NCBI RefSeq assembly: GCF_963921235.1
Contig: NC_086109.1
Location: 2,480,001-2,544,000 of the forward strand
DNA from: Mobula hypostoma
Lineage: Eukaryota
Direction of reading: 5' to 3'
Length of the DNA stretch: 64,000 bases
Made by a program: the position numbers and the translations under genes. This document shows positions 62,030 to 64,000 of the stretch, piece by piece (the stretch's first letter is position 1; each line of letters opens with the position of its first letter). The notes beneath the pieces were generated by a model, which was not told the DNA's origin, did no database searches, and saw nothing but the letters and a program-made list of their open reading frames with translations.

Positions 62030-64000
62030 GAAGAGGAGAAGATATTCTTATTACTGAGAATTCAGAAAAAAGAAGGGGGTGATAACATTGGATGGAATCG
62101 TACTACTGGCCTCAAGTAGTCTGTGGGAATTACAGGACCAAATATGTAGGGAGATCACAGATAAGAGTGAAGGAACAACTGGATTTCAATAGTCGGCATT
62201 CTTAACTTCCGGAATATTGACTGGGAATACCATAGTGCTAAGGGTTTGGATGAGGTGGAATTGGTTGTATCCAGAAAATTTTTCTCAAACAATATGCAGA
62301 TGGTGGTACAAAATAAGGTACTATAATGGATCTCACATGGGAAATGAGCCTGGGCAAGAGACTGAATGGTCAGTGGGGAAACACTTTGGAACAGACAGTG
62401 TAATTCTATGTTTTAAGTTATTCCAGAAGAGTTAGGATTGGTCCACAAGCTAGTTTGAAATTAAAGCAAAACCAATTTGCTTTGGTATGGAATGGAACAG
62501 GCTTTGAATGGAAAATCCTACAATAGGTAATGGACTCAAACCAGTACATCGTGAGTAAAGCCCTCCCAGATATTGAGTAGGAGGAAAGCAGCATCCATCA
62601 TCAGAGATCCCCACCACCCAGATCATGCTCTCCTGTTGCTGCTGTCATCAGGCAGAATGGCACAAGAGCCTCAGAACCCAGATCACTCGGAACAGTTACT
62701 ACCCTCAACCATCAGACTGTTGAGTAAAAGGGGATAACTACACTCACGCCCCATCATTGAAATGTTCCTACAACCAATAATCTAACTTCAATGACTCTTT
62801 ATCTCATTACCTCATGCTCTCGTTAATAATTGCTATTTATTTATATTTGCATTTGCACAGTCAGTTGCCTTCTGCACTCTGGTTGATCTTCCACTGAGCC
62901 TGTTATATTTACTATTCTACAGATTTGCTGAGAAGATGAATTTCAAGTCTGTGTATGGTGACATACATGTACTTTGATAATAAAATTTACTTTAAACTGT
63001 TAAACAGAGACTCCAAAGTTTGACTGTGAGAAGCTGCTTGAAGGTAAAGAGACATCAGACGTGTGAGAGGTACTTAAAATTCAGGTGGCCAGCATGTTCC
63101 TATTAGATTGAAAGGCAAGGTGGCAGGGGGATCAGGGAAAACTGGTCCATGAGGGATATTAAGGTCAAGTACAAGAATATAACTGGGATCAAAGGAATTA
63201 CTTGAGTATAATAGATGCAGGGATACACAAGAGAGAAATCAAAAGAGCAAAACAATACAGCATGTCTGAAAAGGTAAAGGAGAACTTTCAAGAGAATCTG
63301 TAAGTATATTCAGAGTAAAGACGTAACTAGGGAGATAACAAAGCACCTTAAGGTTCAATACATGAACCTTGGGAAATGGGTGGTGTCTTAAATTAGTATT
63401 TCCTTTGAACTTTACCATGGTGAAGGTCATGGAAAGTAGGGAATACGGGAAAAAAATTGTGATGTTTAGGAACATTGCCACATGACAAAATAGGTGGTGC
63501 TGGCAGTCTTAAATTTCATGAAATTCCTGATGGCAATCAAGTGCATCGTCAGATACTGTTGGGAAGTTTGAAAAAATTACTGGAGTGCTGGAAGTGATAT
63601 TTATACCATCGGTAGCCGTAGATGAGATACTGAAAGACTGGAGAGTGTTATTGCCTTTATTTAAGAAAGGCTACAAGGAAAAGCCAGGGACTGAGGTGGT
63701 GAGCCGAACATTGGTGGGAAAATTATTGGAGAGGACTCTGAGGCATAGGGATCTACCTACATTTGGAAAGGCAAATACTGATGAGGAGTGATTTAGTATA
63801 GTTACGTGCATGCAATATTGTGTCTCACAGATGTGATTGAGCTTTTTGAAGAGGCGACTGAGAGGCAGAATGGAAGGCATTGTTGACATGGACATTAGGA
63901 AGACATTTGACAAAGTCCTGTGTGGTAAATTAATCTGGAACCTTGCAACACATTGGCTCAAGAGATTCTGCAGATGCTGGCATTCTTGAATGAAGAACAC
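62030..64000 (+). mobile_element. Highly degenerate CR1 pieces with an interspersed Rex1/L2-type 3' end (about 62545-62990)
   Basis: Residual endonuclease (GNEPGQ) and RT (LLPLFKKG...GKLLERTLR, KTFDKV) motifs. Confidence 0.6.

Overview
Vertebrate, non-bacterial, intron-rich genomic DNA. The repeat complement (many CR1-clade LINEs, Penelope-like GIY-YIG elements, Rex1/L2-type and L1/Tx1 fragments) suggests a cartilaginous fish, probably a ray; this is inference from repeat style and was not searched. Most of the window is retroelement sequence, often nested, and many target-site duplications can be read directly. The host-gene content is a minus-strand tandem pair of CD2/SLAM-family-like Ig receptor genes. 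Gene B has an IgV exon at 46619-46939, an IgC2 exon at 38444-38710 and a terminal exon from 38123 with AATAAA at 37780. Gene A has an IgV exon at 32008-32316 and a transmembrane exon at 25344-25499, with no C2 exon found. A roughly 101-copy 39-bp minisatellite (47629-~51570) ends 20 nt from a GTAAGT donor that is in phase with the gene B IgV exon. Other notable elements: a minimal type I hammerhead ribozyme with an intact core in a Penelope 3' end (16021-16056), a 2.77-kb non-coding two-LTR element with a 5-bp TSD just upstream of the gene A IgV exon, and a CpG-rich cluster of CCAAT boxes spaced about 30 bp apart followed by a Kozak ATG and a splice donor (16616-17057). All alignments, exon calls and counts were made by eye; nothing was searched or computed.
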